DNA of 64,000 nucleotides from contig MU271228.1 of assembly GCA_021432655.1 (NCBI GenBank), forward strand, positions 1-64,000, written 5' to 3'. The notes under the pieces were generated by a model. The model had not been told where the DNA came from. It saw only the letters and a list, made by a program, of their open reading frames with translations, and searched no databases. Origin of the DNA: Atractiella rhizophila (lineage: Eukaryota). The position numbers were made by a program, and so were the translations under genes. Below, one piece after another: positions 12,057-26,118 of this stretch. Every line of letters begins with the position of its first letter. Position 1 is the first letter of the stretch.

Positions 12057-14000
12057 ATGCTCCAGCATCTTTCTCGCCAGGGTCGCTCTCTCCTCGCCTG
12101 CCAACACCGACGCTTTCTGGCAACAGCAGCTTCACTACCATCAGTACATTCACGTGGTCAAGACGTAGAGATCAAATGGGGGGATTCTAAAGCTGTGCCA
12201 TTGTGCGCATTCTCTCTATTCCTACTTGTCCAAAATGAAGATCCACAAACGCTATTAGCTACAATCTTTGGTTAAGAGACAACTGCCGTTGTTCCCATTG
12301 CTATCACCCTGTCACGAAGCAGCGTCTGGTTGATACCTTCAAAGTGAGCAGCCTCCAATGTTAAGTTCCAAAGCTCACTTCCACTGTGATTGGTTCCCAG
12401 CTTTCACAATCTATTGAGCCAACCGATATTGCAAAGACGGCGGATGGAGTCACGATAACCTGTATGACGTCCCTTACTCTGTTCTAGAATACCGAAGAAA
12501 TGGTTGATCTCAATCCAAGGTGACAGGGAACGACAAAGAGTCGCACACAACTTTCTACCCCTGGCACTTTCTGCACAAACAAGCATTCAATTCCTCCACA
12601 GGCAATGGACAGAGCAGGGTAGAGGATATGTTCGGCCGTTCCTTTCGCTTAAGGACTACCTTATTGAATCAAGCTTGCCATTAGGGATCGGGTCTTGTGG
12701 GACGCAACAATAGCAGAGAAAATCCCTACGGTTGATTACGAAGAGATCATGCATTCCGGCGATTTGGGAGAGAAATCAGTATTTGACTGGGCGAAGAAGA
12801 TCGTGAGGTTTTCTCCATGCATGCTAGATGTCTAGGTAGACCTGAACAAAGATGTTGTTTAGCGGTTGTACGGCTTCGCGTTCATCAGACGGGTTCCTCC
12901 CAATCCAGAATCGACGGAGAAGCTCCTTCGACGGCTTTGCTTCATCCGAGAAACACACTATGGAGGTTTTTGGGACTTTACTGCCAACATGGAGCATGGG
13001 GACCTCGCTTATTCCGACGTATGGTTGAACGCGCACACTGGTTAACCTTCCTCTCAGTTCAGTCAGTGATGGATTCTGACAAGTTTGCACTATAGATGGC
13101 ACGTATTGGACAGATCCGCCCGGTCTCCAGCTCTTTCATCTCCTGTCCCCGTCCAACTCGCATGAAGGTGGCCATAATCTCCTCGTCGACGGCTTCAAAT
13201 GTGCGTCCATCCTGCGAACACGTCAGCCAGAGCTCTACCATACCCTCGCGACCACTCCCATCCCAACACAAGCAAAAGGGACGGCAGCGGACGGAAAGAC
13301 AGTTGACGTGCGACCATTGAAGAGATGGACAGCTTTCGAACACGACGTGGATGGAGAAACTCTGATACGCGTGAGATGGAATGGGGATGACCGAAGAACG
13401 ATGCCTCTTTTCAAGGAACCTCAGGAGATGAGGAAATGGTATGAGGCTGCGATGGAATGGGAAAAGATTTTGAGAGATCAGAAAAATGAGCTCTGGACGA
13501 AGATGGACATGGGAACGGCGATCAGTAAGTCTTTTCTCATTTCTGCACTCGTTTCGGGTGAACCCCTCCGATTCCCGCACCATGTTATCTGTTCTATTGA
13601 CAAGCTCGTGAGGGAGCCAAATGCACCATTTCCGCATAGCTTCCCCCTGGACTTTCCGTACGTCAATCTGTGATCTGAAGTGCATGGCAGAACATGATGC
13701 ATGTTGACTGAGGTGGGAATCTGGGGAAGAGAACTTAACCTTCTCTAACAGCCTATATAACCTCTCCTTCCAAGATTCTCAAACTGACTCGTCTCCATCA
13801 CAGTTTTCGACAACCATCGAGTCCTTCACGGACGTTCCTCCTTCACTGGTTCTCGCAGACTTTGTGGTGCTTATTTGAACCACGATGATTTCATCAGCCG
13901 CTTGCGTACCCTAGAGAAAAAGTTTGCTCCCTCTCCGACGCTTGCAACGCAAAACATCAAAGTCTCCCGCCTGCCAGGAGACGATATATGGGACGACTAG
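12057..14000 (+). CDS. Trimethyllysine dioxygenase (TMLD; gamma-butyrobetaine hydroxylase family), likely mitochondrial
   Basis: Presequence-like N-terminus; WLRDNCRCSHCYHPVTKQRLVDTF; ETHYGGFWDFTA; H-T-D iron motif split by an intron (AHT/DGTY); VRWNGDDR; FDNHRVLHGRSSFTGSRRLCGAY. Confidence 0.9.
13563..13726 (+). other. Long predicted RNA stem structure inside a 279-nt intron (13525-13803)
   Basis: Nested complementary segments GATTCCCGC/GTGGGAATC, CATGTTATC-TGTTCT/AGAACA-TGATGCATG, ATTGAC/GTCAAT, GGGAGC/GCTTCCC, ATGC/GCAT. Confidence 0.5.
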
Positions 14001-14595
14001 GCTTTTCGTCGGCGTCTGCTCGTCGCTTCGATGGATGATGGTTGCGGTGAGCGTGGGGGTGGTGTGAAGAAGAGAAGTGGAGTGGTAGATGTCGGGCAGA
14101 GTCCGAGCCGAGGACGAGGTGGTGGGTGTTGTCCTGTTGCCGAAATTTTACCAAAGGTGTGTTCTGTGCTTGAGCTTGAAACTCGAATTCTAGTTGTTGT
14201 GTACCTCGCTTGTACGTGAAGTTTGGAATCTCCATCAATCAATCAATCAATAAATTTGGACAGGAGCACGTTTTATTTTAGGTGGTTTTGTACACATGGT
14301 CAGAAACCACAGGTGCTGGACTGACTTTTTCTCTGTTTGATCCACTTGTTGGCTGGTATCGTGTACTGGTATGAGCAGACGGGTTGGAGGAAACCGTTTG
14401 TTTGCATAAAACCTCCTTGTCAACAGGGTTTGAGACATACATATGAATAGGCAGAGGAAAAGAAAAGCCAAGATTTCGAATGAAGTCGCCCGAAGAATGA
14501 TAACTATTACAAAGCGAGAACGTGAGAGTAATGAGGCAGCCGATGCAAAGAAAAAGCAAAAGCGTTGATTAGTTTTGGATGTGGACAGGAGCTTT

Positions 14596-15844
14596 TCAAA
14601 GGTTTGTCTGAGATTGAAGTTGAGAATGTGGATATAATAAATGAAAACCCGTCATATCCTTCTGTCCTTCTCCAAAGGTGGGCGAATGCGTGAGGAGGAA
14701 GTCGTTGACAAAGCTCTGCAACTCCGCTGTCCAGCCCGTCCGCCATTCATCAGCTGGCACACAAAAGAAAGAGACCGAGGAAAGCGGACCATTGCTCCAA
14801 TCTGCATCAGGTCTTCCGAATGCAGCATTACCTTCTGAATTCAAGTCTTGTGCGTTGCCACGAGCATTGAAAGGTGGGATGGACAAGTCGAGCCCCATTT
14901 CATTGGCTATAGTATAAAGTGCGTCATTGAAAGTGGCTTGCTCTCCCAGCTTCTCCTCTGTGCTTTCAGGAGTATGAAGCGATCGCCCGTCGTCGGACTG
15001 GGTTCTTGAGGTTGACGTTGAACTGCCGGACCCTGTGCTCCACTGTCGACTGACGATGTTCTTGGACGGTGGATCGAGTGAAGCGAAGTCTGGAAATGTT
15101 GAGAGGGGGGAGGCGAGAATGGGAGAGGTAGTGAGTGATTTCGGGGAGAGGTCGATGGGAGCTAGTGAGAGCGAGAGAGACTGCTGATTGGCTGACGAGG
15201 CAATTGTGGTGGTGGCTGGAAGTGAGGATTGGGAGGGAGGAAAGGGTAAGGAATCCGCTGCTCCTCCCTTGTAAGCGAGGAGGATCTGATAAGACTGAAT
15301 CTCTAGGAGTCGTTCCAGTTCCGCTACACGATCGAGGCATTAGAACCGAGATCCAGTCGATGAAGCAAGGAGGGACAGCGGTACATACAGATCTTGCCTT
15401 CCAGCGACTTGATCCTCTCCGCCCTCTTCTCTCTCTCCTCCTGACCATCCTTCCTCGCTCCAGGGCTGGCGCCCACACCGGGTTTTGCTCCACTTCCGAA
15501 GGAGACCTGAACGTATTCGCACACCACTTGGGAGGGATCGAGGCCGCGAGAGACGGCGTAACGGAGGCAGGTGTGACAGCGTGGTTTCTGCGCACCGCAT
15601 TTGACTGTATTTCGCATTGTCAGAGGATGGAAACATGGCAAAGGGTAGGAAAGGAAGTAAGTACCCTTTCGAGTTCGGCAGGTCAGACAGGCTGGAAGAA
15701 ACGTTGAGCGCGTGGCTATGAGAAGAGGGGAGAGCAAGCAGACCTTCGTTTCTCTGCGAATGAACATCATGATCAGTGTTTGCGGTTTGGGATTGATTTA
15801 AGATGGCAGGGAGGACTCACCTGAAGTGGTGGACGAGGGGGCAT
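14596..15844 (-). CDS. Zn(II)2Cys6 fungal transcription factor (short, micro-exon-split DNA-binding domain)
   Basis: Spliced MPPRPPLQ|RNE|ACLTCRTRK|VKCGAQKPRCHTCLRYAVSRGLDPSQVVCEY followed by coiled-coil AERIKSLEGKI; 3' end approximate. Confidence 0.82.
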
Positions 15845-17358
15845 GGCTGATTGGATGGGTTGTGTGAGGTATAACTTGAAGCAGATATAGCAGGATATAG
15901 ACAGGATTCGACGGAGATGGCAGAGATAGGGCTAACGAGTGAAGGAGAGATATAAGAAGGAGAAAAGAGGTTCGGAGTTTGAGTGGAAGTGCAGATCGGG
16001 AGTGCGGGAGGAAGAGCTATTTCACTGGCTATTTGCCCAAAAAGATGTGGTCGAACAAGATAGAGAGATTGAAAGCACAATATTTAAGTCTGCCAGCCAA
16101 CTTCCAGCCATACGGCGACAGGTAGGTCCTTGTATCGTCCACTGCACATAAATTTATCCACAGGAAATAACCTTACTTTTTTGTCACTTCTTGTCGCTGT
16201 TCAGCAGAGCCCGTTGGGATCAGGCGTCAATCTAGCAGTGTAACGCAGTGGTGATCCTGTGGATGCTGGGTTTTGGAGCTGCTGGTGTGCGTTGAAAGGG
16301 ATCAAAAAAATCCAAGAGCTCTCTCTGGGCCTCGCTCCCCATCTCGCATTGGAACCAGCGGCGAACAGAGGCAGACATGGATAGTAAGCAAGATTACACG
16401 ATCGAGACGGCCGGAAAGCTGGATTGTGGAGGGGACGTTCCTCTTCGTTACGCCTTCATTTAGACGCTTACCTCAATCATTCTAACAATATTGAAGGGCT
16501 CAAGATAGCCTAGCAAGCTGCTCAAGGCAGTTGAAGACAGGTATCGGAATGGCGAACTTCTAGAAGGTTGGATGGAATCCCCAAATACATACACGCCATC
16601 ATTCACCTTCTCTTGCCGATCCAGATGAGTTCAAAAGTGAGAAATGGTTGCAATTTGTCATTCGTGGGTCGAAGAGGGGCAAGTGGGCACTGACACCGCA
16701 GAGCGAGGTAGTTTGGCAGAGCGAACACGCCACTCATTGAAACAACATCGGATCAGTGAAACCACACGGCCCGTCCATAGAGAATGAGTTCCCTCCAGAA
16801 AACACAACGCATTCACATGTGGTAGACGCGTGAAGAAGGTGGATGACAACCCACTGGAAATCAAGTCGTACGAAAACCTAAACTCAACTATTACTTTGCC
16901 CTAACTTATGGCAGAGACACCAGAAGTTATACACCTCATCGGAATATCTGGCCCACATTTTCACCTCTTTCTCGTTTCTCGCCCTTAAAGTGTATCTACA
17001 ACCGTGTGCTTTCTGTAGCCGGGTGAGCTCTGCCATCAGGCGAAGAACTCGTGCTAGTTGAGGAGGAACAGGGAGGAAGCACACTATTATGTCTGAGAGG
17101 GAGAGATAAACACTTCAGTTCCATCGTGCAACAAGTGTAAGGTGAACCTGACAACGTGCAAAAACATGTCGGTGGTGGTATGTACATCATGCAAGCCAAA
17201 GAATGCGACCAACAACTGGAACAAATGCATCCTGACAAGTTATCGTAAAAACCGAGTAATAAAACTAAAAATCGAACCGATAAAGCGTAAAGGAACCAAG
17301 CAACAATCATTCTTTTCGCGTTGCACATTCTACTCCTACCGAATTCTCATCCTCATCC

Positions 17359-20300
17359 TCACCACCTCCTCTGTCCCATAGCAGGAGGAACCATCCCAGT
17401 TCCCTGACCGGGAAACGATCCTCCTCCCATGTGCGGATGTGAATGTGGTACACCCCTTCCATATCCCTGTGTCTGAGCTGGCGTGGGGTTAATACCCATG
17501 GACAAAGGGGACATCAAGCCCATGCCTAGCTGTTGAGCCTGCGGCGGTGTCCAAAGCGTGTTCTGCATCCCAGGAGCGCTCCTCTGCCCTGGGGTTTGCG
17601 ATTGTGCTCCCGAACCATTGTAGGACGAAAATTGGGCAGGGGCGGAAGGATGGAAAGTTTGGGGGCTCGTGGCAAAAGAAGGATAGGCGTTCACTGCTCC
17701 TCCCACACCAACACCAGTCCCATTCCCATACATCGACTGAGCGGTTGGTGATCGTTGAGACACTGGCACTGGGGAGAAAGTGTTCGGTTGGCTGGGACCG
17801 TATGGACTATACGGCTCTCGACGTGGAGGCTGGGATTGCGTCCGCAAGGGGTTCGGAGGTTGATGGGGTGGTGCGATCTTGTAAGGATTTGCATTATATG
17901 GCATGGAGGGATAGGATGATGCAGGAGCCGCATGCCCTTGCGGAGGAGGGATGGGAGTGTGCGGGTGGGCCTGTGGTGGAGGTCGATGAAGTGGATAAGG
18001 CGAGCTCGGGAGAGTGTGCGAGTGAGCGGAGTGATTGAGGGGTGGACCGGGAGACCAGAGATTGGGGTGTGTTTGAGAGTGGAGGGAAGGATTAGGAGCG
18101 TGCACTGTCGGTACTCCGTTTGCCATCGTGACAGGTACCATGGAGTAAGCTGACATTGCTGTTGAAGAAGAATTGGAGTAACTATTCAACATATTCGATG
18201 ATCCGATACCATGGGCGCTATGGGAGTGGTAGGGAGCAGCAATCGGCCCATGGGAACCGTGCCCTATTGAGCGGTTGAAAGGCTGTTGTGATTGATGAGT
18301 ATTGAATACATCGGCCTGATGGTGCGGAGCGGGAGGGGGCGGTGGCTGAACGCCAGGAGTGTAGGTAAAGGATGACGGTGGGGGTCCGTAAAGCGGCATT
18401 AAATCTGCGGTCAGTGAAAACGCAGGATCGAGTCGTGTATCCTTGTTTGCATCGGATTCTTCGACGCCGTCATCTGACTTAAGTTGGTCCACAGAGGACG
18501 GGAACGGTGCCGAAGGATATTCGTCAGCGATTCCCCTCAGCGAGTTTTCATGACTTTCGTTCTCTGGTTGGGACCACACGTCCTTGATCTTGTTGGACGA
18601 CATGTTGCGGTTCCAAGTCGAGTTTATGGAGGAAATCGAAGTTGTCTTCTCTAAAGAAGATGTAGAAGTAGATTCCGACGGCTTCATGGGAAGTGGAATC
18701 TTGGGAGGTGCAGAGGAAGGCATTTTTGATGAAATGGGCGCGGGTGGAGGGGTAACTGACCGAGAAACTGAACTGGTGTCGGCGGTTGTTGAAGATTCCT
18801 TTTACGAAAATCAACACATATTTTCAGTGGAGCAAAGACGTACTTTGATGACAGGGGCCGGTTCGACAACTTCCGCCACCTTGATTTCCCCAGCAGCGTC
18901 CTTGTCATCCTCTATTTCTACCTCCACTCTGATCGATCCGTTCAACTCGCTCGTCACCATGAACATATTCGACTTTTCCTCCTTGGGTTCCCCCGTAACT
19001 GACGAGTCCCGGTAGAAAGCGACATTCATGCCGTCACGTAATTTGGATTTCGCTACCTTTTCCTTCTGTTCTCTCAGCTTGGACGAGCTCTCCTCGAATA
19101 GAGTGTGACTGGGTGGTGCGGTTGTCACCTCCGTCAACTCTGTTTCCTGTGTCTCCTTCACGTCCACTCTCTCCACCACCTTGGACGCCAAGGGTTCGGC
19201 GCGCCTCCAAGAAGTCATTTCCATCGCCCGCCCCCGCCCAGAGCCAGGAGCTGTGTACTCGCCTCTTCCCTTCCCCCGCGTCGATTCAGCTGGGAAGGGA
19301 TGGATGCCGATTGTGCGACTGGCCTCTAATTTCGGTAGTTTGATCACGGTCTGGGGGACGCCTTTTACAAATTTGCGGTGCGAGAACAGCCATTCCTCCT
19401 TCAGGTGATAACGACCAACATTCTGCTTTCCCGCAAACCATGTCTGCGAATGGACTGCAGAAGGCTGATGTCGACTGAGGAAACCCCTCGTCTGGCCGTA
19501 GGGAATCGGTGGACGTCGGGTCTTTCGGGCATTCAGATGGACGACATATGCCTTCCATGGCGGAGGGGGAGAGCTGGGTCGTGAAGAGCGACTGGTGATC
19601 TCGAATGGGGGAGGCGGAAGCCTCACAACCGGGAGCTCAGATACGACCGGCGTCTCAGACCTAGGGCGAAATTTGCCTTGATGATCTTTGACTAAGAACG
19701 TTTTTGGGGCAGCTGAAGCAGAAACATTCGATGGCATGGTGGGGAGGCTATCAAATTGACCAGAAACTGACCGTCGATGTTCTCCTGGAGTGGCAGGGAT
19801 TGAGCGGGTCGTTCTGTCATCCTGAGTCGCAGCTATTGGGGCCGAGGGACGAGCTGCCTTTTCTGCTTTATCGGCATCTACAACGTTTTTGATCCGAGAC
19901 ATGACCAAGTCCAACGATGACAATTCCGGAGGCTTGAAGGCTGGCTTCGCCGATAGCGATGCAACCTTCTGAAGTTTCGGCCGCGTAGGACCATTATTAT
20001 CAGTTTCTTTCCCGTCCAACGACACAAGCGGAGACACCGCGGCAGGAGTTGGAGTAGACGACGCCACTACGTGAAGAGGTGCTGATTCAGGTTGGCGCCT
20101 CCAACTAGAGGGCCGTTCATTCTCTTTGTCTTTTTCTGCCTCGACAATCGCTGAATTATCTACTGCCCTTTTCAGCAACGGTTCCTTGGGTTTAAGAATC
20201 GTAATTGGGGGCTTTGGTGTTTCCGCGACCTTTTCGAGAGAGCGCCATGGACGGTCCGTCGCGGGTGCAGAAACAGATTCGGCCTGTGAAGGATGTTCCT

Positions 20301-23014
20301 CTGTGGTTACTTGAGGCTTAAGTCGCTCTTCCAACTCGCGGGCTTTTGCCATGGCGCGCTCCTTCTCTGCTTGGCGTGTTTCCTCCTCCTCTCGACGCCT
20401 CTTCCTCGCCCTCTCAGCTGCTGACAGCATACTCTTCTGATGCAGCTCTTCCAAGTTCTCCTCTGCCAGAAGAGGTACAGGCTGAGACAAGACGGGCTCA
20501 AGTTGGTGGACACCATTAACTGGGTTGGCAATGCCGTTATCGGCGGTAGCTGTTTGAATCGACGAATGTCTCGACATCGGGGAAGTTGTTGTAGTGGGAG
20601 ACGCCTGTTGTTGGAGAGGATGGATCTTCTCAACCGAGTCGACGCGAACACGTTGAGAGAGATGGGGAGGTAGCGGCCTATCGTTTGCTACAGAAGATTC
20701 TCCAACTTTGACATCAGGAGGTCCCCCTCTAGCAAAATTACGATGCATTGACGGTCCATTATTGTCGCGAGCGAAATTAGAACGATCGCGGGAACTGGCC
20801 GCGGATGCCCCGTCCCGGCTGTCCCTTCTTGACATCTCTCGACTAAAGCCTCGATGGGGAGGAGGATCACGACCGGTCGCGTCTCGACTAAAACTCAGCC
20901 TGCTCTCTCGCGCAGGGGGGGAGACCGCAGAGGATTCTCGATTGGTTGCCCACGGCCGTGGTGCAGGTGCTTGCTCAGCAATATCTGGCCGGGAAGAAGA
21001 CGAAGCAGAGGAGGCAGGACCCAGGCTTTTCGGTTTCTGCGATGTATCTTTCTTTACCCAATCCTCCTTCTTCAAGGTAGGAGCAGGGACGCCACCAGTC
21101 CATGGCTCGAACTTTCCCAGGCGCTCGTTGAACAAACTTTTAGTCTCTTTATTACGACTTGGCCATGTCCGATCAAACTCGTCTTTCGGTTCCTCAAGCT
21201 TTGCATCATCGGATGGAACAGGCAGGGATGAAGGCTGAGCTGGAGACCCTTCAACCCCTGTCTTCACTTGATCGCTTTCTGGCAGAAGGTTACTTTCGCC
21301 CCCCTCGACTTGCTGGGAAACTTGATAGAGAGTTCCATCCCCGAACTCGACAACATCGCCAAAGAAGTCTCCATCGTCATCTGCCATCTTTGGGGTTCGT
21401 TAGCGGGAAACAATTGAAAGCAAACACCATACTTCATCCCAATGACTTCCTTTCGGGTCGAGATGCACTCCTCTGAAAGTATCCAAACCCTCCATCAAAT
21501 GAGCGTTTGCTGCTGCAGCCTTTGCAGCCTTCGCTGCAAGGGCGGCGTCCTTCAATTCCAGAGCCTTTTTCATCGCCTGAGCCTGTAACATTTTACCTAA
21601 ATCGTGTCAATAAAATGAGTGCTGGCGGACACGAAAACTTACTTCTCGCCGCTTCAGCAGCTGTTGGAAACTCCGCCTCTGGACCTATCCCATTCCTGTC
21701 TGTGCCAGGGACTCTAATCCAAGCCCCTCGTCCTCTTCCAGCAGCGTAGGCACCAATTCCCCCACGGCCTGGGAATGAACCCCTCCCAGACCCAATGTGT
21801 TCCCCTCTTGCAGAACTGATATTCGGTTGACCCATGGGCGAAACTGAGGATGTCTCTGATGGGGGGACTGATGCCGCTTGGGGTCGTGCCCACGTCGCCA
21901 TGTTCGCTGCTTGAACGGAAGGAGAGCCAGATGGTGATATTTTACCCGTGACCAGTCGAGCATGAGGGGCGAGAGAAGCTGTTGTAAAGACTCGAGCTGA
22001 AAAGACACCAGACCCTCGTCAACGAGAGTTATACCTCGAGGAAAGCATATACGGACCTTGGCCAGGACCAGTTGTTGTAACCACAGCTCCTTTCGCGCTC
22101 GCAAGGCTTGCCGATCCCAGTACCAATCCACCATTCGGAGAACCTCCTGGAGAAACTCCGCTCCCACCAACCACAGGAGGAGCGTGAACCGACTTCTCCA
22201 AAAACTTCTTGTGTACGTTAAGCGACGAAGTGAACTTTTTGTGTGTCGGTATGGATGTATTAGAAATGGTGGGGCTCGTCGAATTTCCGTCTGTCTCTGC
22301 TTTGGTGGACGCTGCTGTTGGGGATTTAAGCGTGTTCTTTTCTTCCTCTTTCTCGGCCTGCTTGCGTGGAGCCTCCTGATCGGTGACGTGGGTATCGATA
22401 CTGGCGGCCGTAAAGCCATCTTTTCTGATTGTGCATGCCGTATCAACACTGTCTCCCTCTGAAGGACCACGTTGCTCTCCCGCACCTCCAACCGTTGAAT
22501 TCTGGCCTTGAGAGCTTGACGAAAGCGTGCTCTGTACATCTTCTCCTCCAGAGACTGATGTAGAGGGAGAAGGCTTAACGCCTCCAATAGGTCGTAGAGC
22601 TGCCTCAGAATCCGGAGTAGCATTTGTGGCTGAAATAATTGCTGGCGTGGACACCGTTGTTGGAAGCGCAGAAGGTAACAGTGCCGCACTTTTCTCAAAG
22701 GACGTTTCTTCTCCACTCGTCAAACCCCTTCCACGCCATGTACACAGAGACTCACCTCTCCCTCCAACGTCCGGCAAATTCTCACCTACACCGTCTGTTG
22801 CTTGCTCTCCGCGATGATCCCCTTCCTCCTTCTTTTTAATCCCAATTATAGAATCTTTTTCTCCTCCAGGAAATGATATATTCTTAGTTTCAGATGCAAC
22901 CGTGGCTTCTTTCGCAGGCTCGTTCGAGCTGTCGTTGTTGGACTTCCTTGAATCTATCAGCTGACCACTTTCCACTTGAATTCCATCAAAATTTTCATCT
23001 TTCTCAAGGCTCAT
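17359..23014 (-). CDS. Large low-complexity uncharacterised protein (Ser/Pro/Arg-rich, coiled-coil; resembles fungal BAT2/PRRC2-like proteins)
   Basis: Chained long ORFs 22019-23191, 21593-21901, 21400-21591, 18811-21387, 17359-18723 with intervening introns; motifs KFTSSLNVHKKFL, HWDE..ADDDGDFFGDVVEFGDG, AAERARKRRREEEE. Confidence 0.75.
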
Positions 23015-23238
23015 ATCCTTCTTCAGCTGAATGTTCCCTGGGCGAGGGCGGAGGAGGAGGTCGTTAACAGGCGGAGGGGGAGAGCTGGAAAAATTTCCGC
23101 AGTTCTGCAAGAAGTCGTTCAAAGTTTGGACACCGGTAACCTTAAACAGAATGAGTCGGTTCCGCCAGTGTACGAACAAAAATGATTTCACTCCAATACA
23201 TTAGCGCAAGCGGCAGAGCTAATAGAAGCGCAAATAAT

Positions 23239-25242
23239 CTAAATAGGAATCGCCGTGTAAGGCAAATCTCTACGGCATCCCCTCCCTGGCCGCCTGAACA
23301 ATTGACGTGAGATGTGTAAACGAAAAAGGCTTCAAGACTTACAGTAACCGCCTTTTCGGCAGCTAAAGCAATGGTCAGATGTGCTGTGATACCTTAAGAA
23401 GAAAGACGCACCCTCATCAAGCCCGTCGAAAGCGAATATTTTTAGTGAGCTTTCATTGATCATCCTTGACACGAGACAAGTCAGTTTCCGAAAGTGGGGA
23501 TAAACATGGCAACAAACTTTTTAGCCTCCATCTCCTTCGTACCTTGGAGTCTAACGATCAATGGAATCTCAAGTTGAAGCTCGGATGTCGCCTTGATAAT
23601 ACCTCTGTCCACTCATTTTAGTAGTTGAGCTAAAGAGAAGGAATTTAACGCACTCCGCAATGACATCGCATCGCATACTGTGGGAAAGCATCACATGAGC
23701 ATGAGGCAACGGCTCTCGAAGAGAACCTACATTCCGCCAAAGATCTACATAGACAAGCACTTATGAGTACCGCATAGTTCAGCAAGTGGGAACAGGAACA
23801 CACGTTGACAAAAATAGACTTGATGCCAGGCTGGCTCAGGATGAGTTCGAATGCCTTCTTGACAGCTTCGGCGGTTGCGCCACTATCGATATTTTCAATC
23901 ATCTGTTCGACGGTGAACGACCAAGGTAGTCTGCTCACCCTCCAACATCCAAGAAATTGGCAGGATCGCCACCCCAGAGTTTGAGGACGTCCATTGTTGC
24001 CATAGCGAGACCAGCACCGTTTACTAAGCATCCAATGTCCCCATTCAACTTGATGAAGTTCAAGCCGTGCTTGGCCGCCTCGACCTCAGCTGCATCCTCT
24101 TGCGTGGTGTCTCGAAGACTGAAAACTTCCTTTTGGCGGAAGTCAGCATTATCATCGAACGAGAACTTGGCATCCATGCTAAAGACAATGGGCATTCTGA
24201 AAAGGAGACGTGAAAGAGATAAAGAGCATACCACATCACATGACCATCAGCAGATTCGGCAAGCGGATTGATCTCGATTTGAGTCGCGTCTTTCTCTCTG
24301 TAGACCTTATACAGCTTCTCCATGGTCTCCACGGCCTCTTGTTGCGTCTGCTCAGACTTGAATCCCAGTCTCTTTGCAACTTCCAGCGCCTTCGCTTTGT
24401 CCAAGCCAGCGTTAAAATCGATGGGCAGCGTAATGATTGCGTCTGGATCCGTTTTGGCCACCTCTTCAATGTTCATTCCACCTTTGGAGGAACAAACGAG
24501 AGCTGGGCCAGAGAGAGACCGGTCGTTCAGGATGGCAAGGTAGTATTCATGAGCGGGAGGCTTCCGTTCTGCCAACATGACCTGTTCAATTTAGCTCAGG
24601 AGATACCCCTTCGCCTACGAGACAAAAGGACGAACAGCGTTGCAAATCCTTCCTGCTGCACCAGTCTGTTTTGTGATGAGTTTGTGCCCAATCATCTGAG
24701 AAGCGTATTCTTTAGCTTGTGCAGGGCTATGCTCACCCAATCAGGAATGCTTAAAAGGCACCCAATGTCCAAAAGAAAGTGCGCACCTATCAACCATTTG
24801 CACACCACCCTGCAGTCCACCTTCAAAATGACCCTTACCCCTTCCTCCGGCCAAAACTTGAGCCTTGATTACAAGCTTGCTAGTGTCTAGAAAGCCGAAT
24901 CCTTTAGTTTTCTACTTTCAGGACAGTAGAATGACAATGACAGACCAAACTCTTTGGCGACCTTCTCAGCTTCCTCTGATGTCCGAGCCACCCTGAATGC
25001 GGGAGTGAGAATACCGTACTAAACAGCATGTCAGTAATTAGGTTATACAGTCGGCATGATTGAGATACGAACTTCCTGTAAGAGTCCCATAGAGAGGTGT
25101 TCATGGATGGAGAGGTGTCTTTTCTGCACATGGCGAACCTAAAAAAGGGTCAAGACATTGGATTCTTGAGCTACATGACACCTACATTGGGGGAAACGGC
25201 GGCCCAAATGGCCTTGTTGTTAAGTTTTCGTAGGGTACTCAT
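23239..25242 (-). CDS. LSC2: Succinyl-CoA ligase beta subunit, mitochondrial, many introns
   Basis: [80 protein letters not shown]; terminal exon approximate. Confidence 0.95.
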
Positions 25243-26118
25243 TTCTTGATGGGTGGAAGTTTAAGCTAAACTGTTTGGAAGAGACTACAACTGGCACGTG
25301 GGAGAGAACCACAGAAGACTATTAGACAGCGAAGGGAGCTACGTCTGAGTTGAGGAGACCAAGAGGAGCAGCAAGAAGAAACTTCCCGGTGTTCGACTAG
25401 GCGGTGTTGAAGCTTTGAAGATTCTCTTACAGAAATGGGGTAATAGGCGGATAACTTGCACGAAGCCTGTCAGGCAGAAGGAAGTTGGAGAGGGACCTCT
25501 GCTCAATGAAAAGGATCAAGGTGAGCAGTCATTCAATCCTTGGAAAGGACGAGAGGGATTCAACGGTTAGCCATCGCGCTGCCATTTGCAATCAAAGAGC
25601 ACTACTGAAATTGGTCATGTCATAGCTAGTCAGTTATTTGTGAAGCGGTGAGACCGCGAAGTAGATAGGCTAAAGTTCATAGAAGCCACTGTTTCTGGAG
25701 AAAGAAATGGTATCGGAAAAGTTGGTATCAATCAACACATCAATAGTAACAAGTTAGAACGGGATAAATCGTTCCACAAAAATGTAGCAACAAGAGGAAG
25801 CAGGCGGTGAATATGCTAGCAAAGCGTTGTATACGTCCTACAAACAAATGAAATCGTTAATGAATAGTGCAGTCTGCACATCCATATATCATCGTTCAGG
25901 TCATGAGGTCAATGGTGAAACGGACGGACAAATACAAAAGGTATGAGGTGAGGATGAAGTAGAAAAACAATATGCAAAAGTGGCCTTGGACGTAAAGATG
26001 TAGACGGAACTTATTCTGATATGAAAAGCTTGAAAAGATGGCTTCACGCCTATTTTATCGCGACACGTCTGAGCTGCGGATAGTTCCTCCCTCAGTGAAC
26101 GAAGAAAGAAAGTTTTCT

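Noticed and set aside
13590..13760. Minus-strand resemblance to RNase MRP/P (GGAAAGUCC..UAUGCGGAAA) or SRP RNA (AGGCUGU start)
   Set aside because: No matching CR-V/P4 partner, no proper P3 or SRP helix 8, no Pol III terminator; G-U pairs favour the plus strand.
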